Assembly (NCBI GenBank): GCA_934168205.1 | Contig: CAKPMX010000003.1 | Span: 66,753-130,752, forward strand | From: an uncultured Bacilli bacterium | GTDB lineage: Bacteria > Bacillota_I > Bacilli_A > RF39 > UBA660 | Reading direction: 5' to 3' | Length of the DNA stretch: 64,000 bases | Shown here: piece by piece, positions 1 through 9,963 of the stretch | Position numbering within the stretch: position 1 is the stretch's first letter | Layout of the letters: every line of letters starts with the position of its first letter | The notes under the pieces: model-generated | What the model saw: only the letters and a program-made list of their open reading frames with translations | Databases searched by the model: none | What the model was told of the DNA's origin: nothing | Program-made: the position numbers and the translations under genes

Positions 1-617
1 ATTTTTCCATTGTGTTTAAGAGTATATGGTAGACGACAGCTTCCGGCACATTCACCAAGATTTCCAGAACGATGACCAATTTGACTACTCATAAGACAAC
101 ATCCTGAATAACAAATACATAGTGCTCCATGAACAAAAACTTCTTTTTCGATTGGAACGTCAATAGAATTAATTTCTTCTAAAGACATCTCTCTAGAGAA
201 AACAACACGTTTTACTCCTAATTTGTAAAATAGTTCGGCAGTTTCTTTTGATGATGTATTTGCTTGAGTTGAAGCATGTACTTCTAGATTAGGATACTTT
301 TCTAAAACAAGGCATAGCATACCAAAGTCTTGAATTAAAATAGCATCAATTCCATTTTTATGTAGAAACTCAACTTGATTAAGAAATGAGTCTACTTCAT
401 CATTTTTAACTAATGTATTCATAGTAGCATATATTTTTACACCGTATAGATGACATAGTTTTATCGCTTCTATTATTTCATCATTTGTAAAGTTACTTGC
501 AAATTTTCTGGCACCAAATTTTTTACAGCCAACATAGACAGCGTCTGCACCAGAGAATATAGCTTGTTTTAGACACTCCATATTTCCTGCTGGAGCAAGA
601 AGTTCATGTTTAATCAT
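1..617 (-). CDS. Peptidase U32 family protein (N-terminal part; gene runs off the window)
   Basis: Hand translation from the ATG at 617 gives MIKHELLAPAGNMECLKQAIFSGADAVYVGCKKFGARKF...VHGALCICYSGCCLMSS. It shares the N-terminal motif with the U32 ORF at 45661..46845 (ELLSPAGDLERLK..GADAVYIGG). The ORF is open to the window edge. Confidence 0.8.
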   Translation of the reverse strand, partial: MIKHELLAPAGNMECLKQAIFSGADAVYVGCKKFGARKFASNFTNDEIIEAIKLCHLYGVKIYATMNTLVKNDEVDSFLNQVEFLHKNGIDAILIQDFGMLCLVLEKYPNLEVHASTQANTSSKETAELFYKLGVKRVVFSREMSLEEINSIDVPIEKEVFVHGALCICYSGCCLMSSQIGHRSGNLGECAGSCRLPYTLKHNGK

Positions 618-695
618 GGTAACACCTCAATTTCTTAGTAAATTATATCACAAACTATAAATATATTAAATTGTTTATTGTGCATATATTTTATT

Positions 696-1055
696 ATGAA
701 TGATAACAAGAAAAAAATAGAAAGATTAACTATTGAAAATTATATTTGGGCTGTTTATATAGTAATTGCTTTTCTGAATATTTATGGTGATGAACTGGTT
801 AAGAAACATTTACGTTCTAATGATGAGGTTGCGAATAAAAAGGCTATAAATCTATTTAGAAAAATTGTAATTGCGAATATTGTTATATATTTATATTTTT
901 TAAGTAGAAATTATAGTGAATGGAAGGAGAATAATTATGATAAAAAATATCTTATTAGATTCATTGGCAGTATCTTGGTATTTGTTGGAACTTTGTGTTT
1001 TTTCTATTTTCAAAGTTCTATTAGTACAGAAGATGACTCTTTGTCAAATATTTGA
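696..1055 (+). CDS. Small polytopic membrane protein, paralog A
   Basis: The ORF track starts at 678 (GTG); the first ATG is at 696. It is hydrophobic and shares ...IENYIW..Y.VI.FL... with ORF 1377..1751. No clear SD. Confidence 0.45.
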   Translation: MNDNKKKIERLTIENYIWAVYIVIAFLNIYGDELVKKHLRSNDEVANKKAINLFRKIVIANIVIYLYFLSRNYSEWKENNYDKKYLIRFIGSILVFVGTLCFFYFQSSISTEDDSLSNI

Positions 1056-1325
1056 TTTTAAATTATTCAGTTCTTTTTCCAGAGCGTTTAAAAGTTGCTG
1101 GAGCATATCTATTTCTTGTTTTTCTTTAGATTTTTCTGGTGCTATATTTCTTTCTTGTTGAACTTGTTTATAATAGGCATTGGTGCATAAGACTTGAGCT
1201 GTTAGCATAAGCCAGTTACCTAGAGCGTTTTGTTCGTTGGCTGTTAAATCATCTATAAGTAAATAGCCGACAATTATGGCACTGGCAGAAAAAGTTTTTG
1301 GTGATATATTGGGTATTAAATTCAT
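1044..1325 (-). CDS. Hypothetical small protein (hydrophobic N-terminal half, coiled-coil C-terminal half)
   Basis: ORF 1044..1334 starts with GTG. The ATG at 1325 is preceded by an AGGTGAG SD. Its 3' end overlaps the convergent ORF 696..1055 by 12 nt. Confidence 0.45.
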   Translation of the reverse strand: MNLIPNISPKTFSASAIIVGYLLIDDLTANEQNALGNWLMLTAQVLCTNAYYKQVQQERNIAPEKSKEKQEIDMLQQLLNALEKELNNLKSNI

Positions 1326-1376
1326 TTTACTCACCTATAAAATTATATTATTATTTTTAAAAGAATATATTTTAAT

Positions 1377-1751
1377 ATGAAAAATAAAGAAGAAATACTT
1401 AGAACAATAGAAATAGAAAATTATATTTGGATTATATATTTAGTTATAATATTTCTTTCTTTTATGGCAAATAAAGAAGAAGTTAATTACTTTATAAATA
1501 ATGATATGCAATCTAAAAGTAATTATAGAAAACTGATAATTATAATTTTTTCTATTGTTCTTGGTATCTATTATTATTTTTTTGTATCTGGATATAAAAC
1601 ATATAAAAGTTTGTCTCCTTATGATACGGAAAGTAAGAAATTTTTCGAAACGATTAATTTTATTGCTAATATTTTGATTTTGATATCTGGTGTTATTTTC
1701 TTATTTATTGCAATTTTTGACAAAGAGTTAGAAACAGAAATTGTTTTTTAA
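1377..1751 (+). CDS. Small polytopic membrane protein, paralog B
   Basis: 124-aa ORF. The N-terminus LRTIEIENYIWIIYLVIIFLS parallels paralog A. Confidence 0.45.
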   Translation: MKNKEEILRTIEIENYIWIIYLVIIFLSFMANKEEVNYFINNDMQSKSNYRKLIIIIFSIVLGIYYYFFVSGYKTYKSLSPYDTESKKFFETINFIANILILISGVIFLFIAIFDKELETEIVF

Positions 1752-1759
1752 GAAAAAAA

Positions 1760-1786
1760 CAGATTCAACTAAGTGAATCTGCTTTT
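1760..1786. terminator. Bidirectional intrinsic terminator between paralog B and rbr
   Basis: 8-bp stem cAGATTCA / TGAATCTg with loop actaag. An A-run lies upstream and a T-run downstream. Confidence 0.6.
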
Positions 1787-1792
1787 CGTATT

Positions 1793-2335
1793 CTACTTAT
1801 AATTATCTGCTTTTACTTCCATAAAGCTCTTTGGATGAGCACATACTGGACATACTTCTAATGCATTTTTGCCAGTGTAAACATAGCCACAGTTTCTACA
1901 TACCCAAATTTTATCGCCGTCTTTTTTAAATACTCTATCATCCTTGATATTTTTTAATAGTGTTAGGTATCTTTCTTCATGTTCTTTTTCGATTTCGCCA
2001 ACTTTTTCAAATAGATTTGCTATACGAGTAAATCCTTCTTCTTTAGCTACAGCGGCAAATTCTTTATACATTTCAGTCCATTCATAATTTTCGCCAGCTG
2101 CGGCATCTTCAAGATTTTCAATTGTTGATGGAACTTGTCCATTATGTAATTCTTTGAACCATAATTTAGCGTGTTCTTTCTCATTGTTTGCTGTTTCTTC
2201 AAATATTGCTGCTAATTGCTCATAACCGTCTTTTTTAGCCTTACTTGCATAAAATGTATATTTGTTTCTAGCCTGACTTTCACCAGAGAATGCTTTTAAT
2301 AGATTTTGTTCTGTTTTACTACCTTTTAATTCCAT
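1793..2335 (-). CDS. rbr: Rubrerythrin
   Basis: Diiron ExxH motifs ([16 protein letters not shown]) plus a C-terminal rubredoxin CRNCGY...CPVCAHP. The start is set at MELKGSK (ATG 2335) after an AGAGGT SD. Confidence 0.9.
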   Translation of the reverse strand: MELKGSKTEQNLLKAFSGESQARNKYTFYASKAKKDGYEQLAAIFEETANNEKEHAKLWFKELHNGQVPSTIENLEDAAAGENYEWTEMYKEFAAVAKEEGFTRIANLFEKVGEIEKEHEERYLTLLKNIKDDRVFKKDGDKIWVCRNCGYVYTGKNALEVCPVCAHPKSFMEVKADNYK

Positions 2336-2360
2336 TGTAATACCTCTTTTCCAAATAATT

Positions 2361-2756
2361 TTATTTTTTTGATAATAATTCTTTACATGTAGAGCATAGA
2401 CCAAGACAAGTTATTTTTACATCAGTAATCATGAATTCATTATTACTAGCGACAGTTGAAATAATTGAACTATAGTTTTCATCGAATATGTCAAATATTT
2501 TCTGGCAATTTGTACATAATAAATGGTAGTGTTTATTTTCATTTCCATCAAAATGAAACTGGCCAGATAAGTCTGTTATTTTTTCTACTTCATTAGATTC
2601 TACTAGTTCATTTATGTTTCTGTATACTGTTGCTTGACCTATCTTTTTGTTTTTATTTTGGACTTTTTTATAGATATCAGCCATTGTTGGATGACTTCGA
2701 TCTTTTCTTATGGTTTCCAAAATTATCTGTTTTTGTTTTGTAACTCTTTTTTTCAT
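2361..2756 (-). CDS. Fur-family transcriptional regulator (PerR-like), upstream of rbr
   Basis: HTH segment [13 protein letters not shown]. CxxC pairs CTNCQ and CSTC. It lies 25 nt upstream of rbr. The start is set at [10 protein letters not shown]. Confidence 0.8.
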   Translation of the reverse strand: MKKRVTKQKQIILETIRKDRSHPTMADIYKKVQNKNKKIGQATVYRNINELVESNEVEKITDLSGQFHFDGNENKHYHLLCTNCQKIFDIFDENYSSIISTVASNNEFMITDVKITCLGLCSTCKELLSKK

Positions 2757-2882
2757 ACTACTCTTCCTATTGATAATTATTATCATTTATATTGTAACAA
2801 TATGCCAGTTTTTTGTCAATTGTTTTTAGGCAAATGTGAACTATTTTTTTCTTTTTTCATAGACTACTATAGGTGAAGAGTA

Positions 2883-3095
2883 ATGAAAAGTAAACATCCA
2901 TTCTTTTGTAATTGTAATTCTTGCAAGCAAAAAAGAAAGAGTAATATATTCTATCTTATTGGTATTATTGTTGTATTTATTATTTTATTTTATCAAATGT
3001 TACTATTACTTTTTATAACTACTAGGCTTAATGTTGTTATATTGTTGTTTGAATTTATAATGTTATGTTTCTTGGTCTTCTTGGTCTTCTTTTGA
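2883..3095 (+). CDS. Hypothetical small membrane protein
   Basis: 70-aa ORF with an AGGTGA SD, an N-terminal CNCNSC motif and then two hydrophobic helices. It overlaps the 3' end of a convergent gene. Confidence 0.3.
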   Translation: MKSKHPFFCNCNSCKQKRKSNIFYLIGIIVVFIILFYQMLLLLFITTRLNVVILLFEFIMLCFLVFLVFF

Positions 3096-3962
3096 CGCTA
3101 TAGTGCTTCCCTTAACGATGTAATCTAGAAGTTTTTGAACTTGTAATGTATTATTGTAATGATTCTTAGTAAATTCTAGTTTCCATGGTTTTGATAATAT
3201 GGTGAAAAATAATAGTTCCTCTTCTTCAGTAAAACGATATTTACTTTGATATATGTTATAAAGACTCTTTAGTTCTAATTCTTCATAGTCATTTTTAAAG
3301 AATGTTAGCAAATCATATAATGGTACTCCGAGAGATGAATTATCCCAGTTTATAAAGTAATGGTGTTCTGGTGTCATGATAAAGTTTTTTAGCGATGGAT
3401 TGCGATGTAAGAAGACTTGACGTTCTTTTTTCATGGCTATTTTTTTGTCGTACCAGGCTTTTAAATTTTCCTTTGAAAAAATAATGGCATTATATATTAG
3501 AGTTATATTTCTAATTAGTAAGTATTCTTCTGGTGACATGTACACTTTATTTTCAATATAATCTTGTAAGTCATGATAATAGTCATCAAGGTTGTTTAAT
3601 TCAAGGCTTGTTTTTTCGTACAAGGCTTTTATTTTATCTAAATTCACTTCTTCATATACTGTTGTTTTAGTATGAAGAAGACTTAAATGGTAAACAAGAC
3701 TTACAGCTTTATCGCTACTATTTGACATACTTTCACTTTCTATGTAAGGATATATTTCGTATGGATCATCAATGGTAGTCAATGGTGATAAGAAGTTGCT
3801 GAAGGCATGACTCCTAAGATAGTTATAAATGTCTTTATTATTTCTTCGAACTTTTATGGTGTATTTTCCGTCTTCAGTTGTAATGATTTTAGAATTATTT
3901 TTATAACATATATTCAATGGTTCTATTTGACACTTTTTTAAAAATTCTCTTTCTTTAATCAT
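3063..3962 (-). CDS. CotS-family spore coat kinase-like protein (YsxE-like)
   Basis: 299 aa with a phosphotransferase-like fold pattern (FLHRNPSLKNF..., WDNSSLGVPLYDL). An ATGA start/stop overlap couples it to the upstream SpoVID-like gene, as in the Bacillus spoVID-ysxE pair. Confidence 0.6.
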   Translation of the reverse strand: MIKEREFLKKCQIEPLNICYKNNSKIITTEDGKYTIKVRRNNKDIYNYLRSHAFSNFLSPLTTIDDPYEIYPYIESESMSNSSDKAVSLVYHLSLLHTKTTVYEEVNLDKIKALYEKTSLELNNLDDYYHDLQDYIENKVYMSPEEYLLIRNITLIYNAIIFSKENLKAWYDKKIAMKKERQVFLHRNPSLKNFIMTPEHHYFINWDNSSLGVPLYDLLTFFKNDYEELELKSLYNIYQSKYRFTEEEELLFFTILSKPWKLEFTKNHYNNTLQVQKLLDYIVKGSTIASKEDQEDQET

Positions 3963-4735
3963 TTTTCAGTATTCGGAATTATAATTTTAGTTCCTACGGA
4001 TAAATTTGATAAGTCGTTATAATTCTCTAGTTCTTCTTTGCTAATATGATATTTTTCTATTATTGATTGAACAGTTTCTTCTTGTCTTAAAATGTATACT
4101 GAATATGTTGAAAATGTTTCTTCGCTACTATCTAATGATGTAAATAATGAACCGGCTTTTTCTGATAGATCATTGTCATTGTTAGTATTTATGATGTTCT
4201 CGATATTTTCATTGTTTGTACTCGCTACTGTTTCATCCGGAGTAATTTCAACTTTTTCTTCACTTGTTTCTTCCATAATTTTATCACCATCACATTCCCT
4301 TTCATTTTTAGTCTCTTCTTCTACACATCTTGTTTCTTGTTCTTCCTTTGGTGGACTTGGTATAGCTGGCTCTATAGTTTTCTTTTCTTCTTTTTCTTCT
4401 AACTCTTCGATTATTTCTACACCTTCTATTTTTACATCTATATAACATATCATAGTAACATCTGAATCTATCTCATAATAAAAGTCAGCAATAGATATCT
4501 TGGTTGTTTCTAAATCAAGTTTTTCTGGTAAAACTATTTCTGTTGGTATTGTGTAATCAAAATTTTCTTCTAATCTAGATGCTTCTGTCAACTTATAACT
4601 ACCGGTTACTCTAAAGTCTCCAGCAATGTTACTTTCATCGATAAATTTTAAAGTATGGTCTAGGGAAATGGCAGTAACTTCGCCTATCATTGAAGGAAAC
4701 TCTATATTTTTTTTAAAAGATATTATTTTTTTCAT
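3959..4735 (-). CDS. spoVID: LysM-domain sporulation protein, SpoVID-like
   Basis: C-terminal LysM (YSVYILRQEETVQSIIEKYHISKEELENYNDLSNLSVGTKIIIP). Acidic central region. The N-terminus KKNIEFPSMIGEVTAISLDHTLKF is typical of SpoVID. It is followed by a ysxE-like gene. Confidence 0.55.
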   Translation of the reverse strand: MKKIISFKKNIEFPSMIGEVTAISLDHTLKFIDESNIAGDFRVTGSYKLTEASRLEENFDYTIPTEIVLPEKLDLETTKISIADFYYEIDSDVTMICYIDVKIEGVEIIEELEEKEEKKTIEPAIPSPPKEEQETRCVEEETKNERECDGDKIMEETSEEKVEITPDETVASTNNENIENIINTNNDNDLSEKAGSLFTSLDSSEETFSTYSVYILRQEETVQSIIEKYHISKEELENYNDLSNLSVGTKIIIPNTEK

Positions 4736-4793
4736 ATTGACCTCCTAAATCATACTATGAAAAAAGAAGAATTAATATTCTTCTTTCAGTTAT

Positions 4794-7097
4794 CTATTTA
4801 AATACTTTATCATATATTTCACTGTAATTATTTACAAAATGGAATTTAATATCTTTCTTTATGTCTACTGGAATATCTTCTAAATCTTTTTCATTTTCAG
4901 AAGGTATAAAAATCTTTCTAATACCGGCTCTATGTGCACCAATGACTTTTTCTTTTAAGCCACCTATTCCCAAAACACGACCATGTAAAGTTATTTCACC
5001 AGTCATGGAAATTGTATAGCTAATTGGTTTATTTATGAAAAGACTGATTAAGGCTGTAGTAATGGCAATTCCAGCTGATGGGCCATCTTTTGAAACTGCT
5101 CCTTCTGGAAAATGAATATGAATGTTGTTTTTTTCTAGTAGATTTGGGTCTATAGAAAATTTATCAGTATTTGCTTTGATATAACTTAGAGCAATTTGAC
5201 ATGACTCTTGCATTACTTCTCCAAGTGAGCCAGTTAGTATTAAGTCACCTTTTCCTTTAAACATATTGGCTTCAATTGGTAATATGTCACCGCCAAAGAC
5301 TGTATAGGCCATTCCGTTTGCAACACCGACTTCGTTTTTCTTTATATTTTCAGTATATAAATACTTTTTCTTACCTAAATATTTTTCAATATTTTTTTCA
5401 TCTATCATATAAAACATATTAGATTTTTCAAGAAGAATTTCTTTTACTATTTTTCTAAATAGTGTGGCAATTACTCTTTCAAGTTCACGAACACCGGCTT
5501 CTTTAGTATAATTTCTAATCATTGTCATAATTACGTCATCAGAAATTTGAACTTGTAAGGGTGTTAGGCCATGTTCTTCTAATTCTTTAGGAATTAAATG
5601 TCTTTTAGCAATATCTAATTTTTCATATTCTGTGTAACTTGATAGATTTATTATTTCTAAACGATCTCTTAATTCATAAGGGATTTGTTCAATGTAGTTA
5701 GCTGTTGCGATGAAGAATACTTTTGATAAGTCAAATTCTTCTTCGATATAATGATCTGAAAATTTACTGTTTTGTTCTGGATCTAGAACTTCCAAAAGAC
5801 TGCTGGCTGGATCACCTTTTATGTCTTTTGTCATTTTATCTATTTCGTCAATTATGAATACCGGATTAGATGTTCCAGCTCTTCTTATACCTTGAATTAT
5901 ACGTCCTGGGTTTGCGCCAATGTAGGTTCTTCTATGTCCAATGATTTCAGCTTCATCATTTATTCCACCAACACTAATTTTAGCAACTTTCCTATTTAAA
6001 CTGTTGGCAATACTTATGGCTAGAGAAGTTTTACCTACTCCTGGTGGACCGACAAGACAGATGATAGGACTACGTGAATTGTTAGTGTTTTGTTTTACCG
6101 CTAAGTATTCTAATATTCTAGTTTTTACCTCATCTAAAGCATAGTGTGAGTTATCCAGTATTTCTTTTACTCTTACTAAGTCTTGATTGTCTTTTGTGTA
6201 GGTGTTCCAGGGTAGATTTATCATCCATTCAAGATACTCTCTTATTATTCCTAATTCTGGAGAATTACTGTTAATTGCTTCATACCTAGCAAGTTCACGA
6301 TTTATTTTTTCTTTTACTTTGCTGTTACATTTTAGTTTTGATACTTTTTTCTTTAAGCGGACAACTTCGTCATCTTTACTATTTGCTTCTCCTAGTTCTT
6401 TTTGCATGGCTTTGATTTTTTCACGTAAAAAGTATTCTTTTTGAGTTTCATTTAACTCTTTTTCAACTTGGGCTTCTATTTTTTGTTCTAACTCAGCAAA
6501 TTGTAGATCAATGTTGATGTCTTCTATTAATAATTTGCATCTTTCAACAGGATCAACTATTGTTACATATTTTTTCTTTCTATCATAATCTATTGTTAAG
6601 AAACTGGCTACAAGATCACATAATTCATCTAGACTTCTTACGTTATTTATTTGGCCCATGATGGCGTTACCTATATATGGTACTCTATCAATATAATGTT
6701 CAATAGATTTTATTAATATATTTATATAATTATTTTCGTCTTCTACTTCAATATTTTCAATTATATTGTAGTTAGCGAAATAATTTTTATTATCAAAAGT
6801 ATAATTATTTATTTCAACTCTTTCAAGACCTTCTATTACGACTCTTGTTTTTCCGTTTGGAACATTTAGTTTTAATTTTATTTTACCTAATACACCAACG
6901 TTTGGTAAGGACATAATATCTATTTTTTCACCGTCATCTATAGGATTAACGATTAGTATTAATTCATCATCACAGTCAAATGTTTCATTCATTTGTTTAT
7001 CAAGATTTTTATCATATTCTATTCTTACTTCATTATTTGGAAAAATAACCATGTCGTTTATTATTAATACACGCAACTTATCTTTGTTTGTTATCAT
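4794..7097 (-). CDS. lon: ATP-dependent Lon protease
   Basis: 767 aa. Walker A GPPGVGKTSLA. Catalytic Ser motif KDGPSAGIA. GGAGGTG SD. Confidence 0.95.
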   Translation of the reverse strand: MITNKDKLRVLIINDMVIFPNNEVRIEYDKNLDKQMNETFDCDDELILIVNPIDDGEKIDIMSLPNVGVLGKIKLKLNVPNGKTRVVIEGLERVEINNYTFDNKNYFANYNIIENIEVEDENNYINILIKSIEHYIDRVPYIGNAIMGQINNVRSLDELCDLVASFLTIDYDRKKKYVTIVDPVERCKLLIEDINIDLQFAELEQKIEAQVEKELNETQKEYFLREKIKAMQKELGEANSKDDEVVRLKKKVSKLKCNSKVKEKINRELARYEAINSNSPELGIIREYLEWMINLPWNTYTKDNQDLVRVKEILDNSHYALDEVKTRILEYLAVKQNTNNSRSPIICLVGPPGVGKTSLAISIANSLNRKVAKISVGGINDEAEIIGHRRTYIGANPGRIIQGIRRAGTSNPVFIIDEIDKMTKDIKGDPASSLLEVLDPEQNSKFSDHYIEEEFDLSKVFFIATANYIEQIPYELRDRLEIINLSSYTEYEKLDIAKRHLIPKELEEHGLTPLQVQISDDVIMTMIRNYTKEAGVRELERVIATLFRKIVKEILLEKSNMFYMIDEKNIEKYLGKKKYLYTENIKKNEVGVANGMAYTVFGGDILPIEANMFKGKGDLILTGSLGEVMQESCQIALSYIKANTDKFSIDPNLLEKNNIHIHFPEGAVSKDGPSAGIAITTALISLFINKPISYTISMTGEITLHGRVLGIGGLKEKVIGAHRAGIRKIFIPSENEKDLEDIPVDIKKDIKFHFVNNYSEIYDKVFK

Positions 7098-7203
7098 GGG
7101 ATATTCACCTCCAAATTTTTGTACTGTTTTTTATTATATATGAATTTTCTTTTTTTTGAAAGAATTTTGTAAAAAAAAAGTGATTTTACTCACCTTTTTC
7201 TTA

Positions 7204-8502
7204 TTACTTATTTAATTCTTTTAATAATTCGATAGCTTTACGCATTTCTAAATCATATTGAATCATTTCGATACCACCAAATTGAGCTAAGAATTCATCT
7301 TTTTCCATTTGATATTTTTTAGCTAATTCTTCTGCTTCTTTTTCAGCTTCTTCAGAACTTACTTCAATTTTTTCTAGATTCATGATTTCTTCAAGCATTA
7401 AGCGATATAAAACATTTGAGTATGCTTCTTTTTCCATTTGGCTCTTTAAAGCTTCTTCATTGCTGTTAGTAAATTGATAATATAAGTCTAGAGAAATTCC
7501 TTGCATTTTCATTTGTTCTTCGAATCTCTTTAATAGACGATTAACTTCTTCATCTACCATTGGTTCTGGAATATCTACTTCTACATTTTTTGAAACTTCT
7601 TCTAATATTTTATCAATGTAGTTATTTTCAGCTTCAGCTTCTTTTTGAGCTTCTATAGATTTCTTAATTTCTTCTTTCAAAGTTTCTTCTGAATTAACGC
7701 CTTCCATTCCTAAATCTTCAAAAAATTCCTCATCTAATTCTCTTTTTTCTTTAGTTTTGATTTCATTTACTTTAACTTTGAATACTACTTTAGCACCAGC
7801 AAGATCTTTTGCTCCATAATCTTCTGGGAAAGTGATGTCTAAGTCTTTTTCTTCTCCAGATTTCATGCCAATGATTTGGTCTTCAAAACCAGGAATGAAT
7901 GTATTTGAACCTATTTCTAATGAATAGTTTTCGCCTTTTCCACCGTCGAATGCCACACCGTCTTTGAATCCTTCAAAGTCAATAACTGCAACATCGCCAG
8001 ATTCAACAGCACCGTCTTCTTTATTAACTAATTCAGTATATCTTTCTAATAAATGTCCAAGTTCATGATTTATTTCTTCATCAGTTATTTCTACTTTTTC
8101 AGGTTTAATGTTTAATCCTTTATATTTCTTAACATTAACTTCTGGTTTAGTAACAATAGTGAAAACAAATTCAACACCGTTTTCATCAATTCCTTTTAAG
8201 TCAACTGAAGGTTGTACTACTGGAACTAATTTTGAATCTTCCATAGCTTTTAAGTATGCTTCTTGTAATAATAAATCAGCAGCTTCCAAGAATAAAGATT
8301 CTTTTCCATAATGTTTTTCGTAAATGTCTCTTGGTACTTTTCCTGTACGGAAACCATCAACCTTAGCTGTTTTTTGCTTTTTAGCAAATGATTTATCTAA
8401 AGCTTTTGTCCATTGTTCACCTTCGATTTTTACAGGAACTTCATGAACATTTTTCTTAGTTTCTTCTTTCTTAATTTCTTTTGTTTTTGTTTCTTTTGCC
8501 AT
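7204..8502 (-). CDS. tig: Trigger factor
   Basis: 432 aa. Ribosome-binding motif GFRTGKVP. FKBP-like middle domain. GGAGGG SD. Confidence 0.95.
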   Translation of the reverse strand: MAKETKTKEIKKEETKKNVHEVPVKIEGEQWTKALDKSFAKKQKTAKVDGFRTGKVPRDIYEKHYGKESLFLEAADLLLQEAYLKAMEDSKLVPVVQPSVDLKGIDENGVEFVFTIVTKPEVNVKKYKGLNIKPEKVEITDEEINHELGHLLERYTELVNKEDGAVESGDVAVIDFEGFKDGVAFDGGKGENYSLEIGSNTFIPGFEDQIIGMKSGEEKDLDITFPEDYGAKDLAGAKVVFKVKVNEIKTKEKRELDEEFFEDLGMEGVNSEETLKEEIKKSIEAQKEAEAENNYIDKILEEVSKNVEVDIPEPMVDEEVNRLLKRFEEQMKMQGISLDLYYQFTNSNEEALKSQMEKEAYSNVLYRLMLEEIMNLEKIEVSSEEAEKEAEELAKKYQMEKDEFLAQFGGIEMIQYDLEMRKAIELLKELNK

Positions 8503-8591
8503 ATATATCCCTCCAACTTCTAATATTATAACTTATAATTGTTTTTTAGACAACCTTTTTGTTGAGCAATTGTGTTATTGTCATAGCCTGT

Positions 8592-8620
8592 TTGACTTTT
8601 TAAAACTGTTATGTTAATAT
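8592..8620 (+). promoter_or_regulatory. Sigma-A type promoter for the trpS leader
   Basis: TTGACT (8592-8597), 17-nt spacer, TGT-TAATAT (extended -10, 8615-8620). Confidence 0.55.
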
Positions 8621-8626
8621 TAATTT

Positions 8627-8872
8627 AGTTAAGAAAACTGTGATTTAGATTAGTAGATATTATTGAAGTTTATAGAGAGCAGTCGGTTGCTGGAAGACTG
8701 TGGCGGATCGATATTGAATGGACTAATGAGTGCCTTTTGGAAATTATAGTATAAAAGGCCGGGATATTCTTCCCGTTATAAATTGAACATATATGTTAGT
8801 ATATGAACTATGTTAGGTGGCACAAGACTCTTGTCCTAGTATTAGGATTTGGGTCTTTTATTTTTAGAGGTG
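8627..8872 (+). promoter_or_regulatory. T-box leader (tRNA-Trp specific) with terminator/antiterminator
   Basis: AGAGAG GA-motif at about 8674. Specifier GAA-UGG-A with UGG at 8719-8721. T-box core taGGTGGCAcaagac at about 8812-8829. Terminator stem aagactcttgtccta/taggatttgggtctt followed by TTTTATTTTT. Confidence 0.8.
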
Positions 8873-8950
8873 ATATTTTATGTTTATATTAAAAAGACGA
8901 TGGTGCTTTGATATTTAAAATTAAAATAATTAGAGAGTGAGGAGATTTTT

Positions 8951-9952
8951 ATGAAAACAATTTTAACAGGTCTTAGACCTACAGGAAACTTGCATTTAGG
9001 ACATTATTTTGGAGCTTGTCAAAACTGGGTAAAAATGCAAAATGACTATGATTTTTATTTAGAAATTGCTGATGTTCAAGCATTAACTGATAACTTTAAT
9101 AATCCAGATAAGGTTAGAACTAATGTATTTGAGATAACAAAAGATTTATTAGCTCTTGGACTAGATCCAAATAAGGTTAACTTTTTTATTCAATCAAAAA
9201 TACCTGAAATAGCAGAATTAACAATTTTTTATTCAAACTTGGTTACGGTTGCGAGACTTGAAAGAAACCCTACTGTTAAAACAGAAATTGCACAAAAGAA
9301 AAGTTTATTTGGGAATAATGGAGAATCAATAACTTATGGATTCTTAGGATACCCTGTTTCACAAGCTGCTGATATTACAGCGTTTGATGGAGAATGTGTT
9401 CCAGTTGGTGATGATCAAATTCCTTTAATTGAACAATGTCGGGAAATTGTAAGAAAGTTTAATTCTATCTATGGTGAAACTTTAAGAGAACCTGAACAAG
9501 TTTTAAGTAATAATCCTAGAATAAAAGGATTAGATGGCAATGAGAAAATGGGAAAAAGTCTTGGTAATGCAATTTATTTAATTGATAATGATGAAGTAGT
9601 TAAAGAAAAAATCATGGGTGCACTTACTGATACTACAAAAATAAAAAAAGATGATCCAGCAAATCCTGATGTTTGTATGGTTTACTATTATCATAAATTA
9701 GTTAATAGCCCTGAAAATGTAAAAAAAGTTTGTAGTGAATGTAAAAAAGGAGAACGTGGATGTGTTCAATGTAAAAAAGAATTAATTGTTGCGATGAATG
9801 AATTCTTAAAGCCAATAAGAGAAAAAAGAAAATATTATGATGAGCATCCTGAAGAAGTATCCAAAATTCTTAATAAAGGAACAGAAATCGCTAGAGAAAG
9901 AGCTAAGAAACAAATTATTAAAGTTAAAAAAGCAATGAAAATAGATTACTAA
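8951..9952 (+). CDS. trpS: Tryptophan--tRNA ligase
   Basis: 333 aa. HIGH motif as HLGH, KMSKS motif as KMGKS. GAGGAG SD. Carries a C-terminal Cys cluster (see findings). Confidence 0.95.
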   Translation: MKTILTGLRPTGNLHLGHYFGACQNWVKMQNDYDFYLEIADVQALTDNFNNPDKVRTNVFEITKDLLALGLDPNKVNFFIQSKIPEIAELTIFYSNLVTVARLERNPTVKTEIAQKKSLFGNNGESITYGFLGYPVSQAADITAFDGECVPVGDDQIPLIEQCREIVRKFNSIYGETLREPEQVLSNNPRIKGLDGNEKMGKSLGNAIYLIDNDEVVKEKIMGALTDTTKIKKDDPANPDVCMVYYYHKLVNSPENVKKVCSECKKGERGCVQCKKELIVAMNEFLKPIREKRKYYDEHPEEVSKILNKGTEIARERAKKQIIKVKKAMKIDY

Positions 9953-9963
9953 AAACCAGTAAT

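Noticed and set aside
916-1161. 81-aa plus-strand ORF overlapping both paralog A and the 93-aa minus-strand gene.
   Set aside because: It lies out of frame within two better-supported ORFs, with no SD and low-complexity content.
7140-7203. Possible terminator between tig and lon (aaaGTGAttttacTCACcttttt).
   Set aside because: The stem is only 4 bp, which is too weak to call. tig and lon may be co-transcribed or use another signal.
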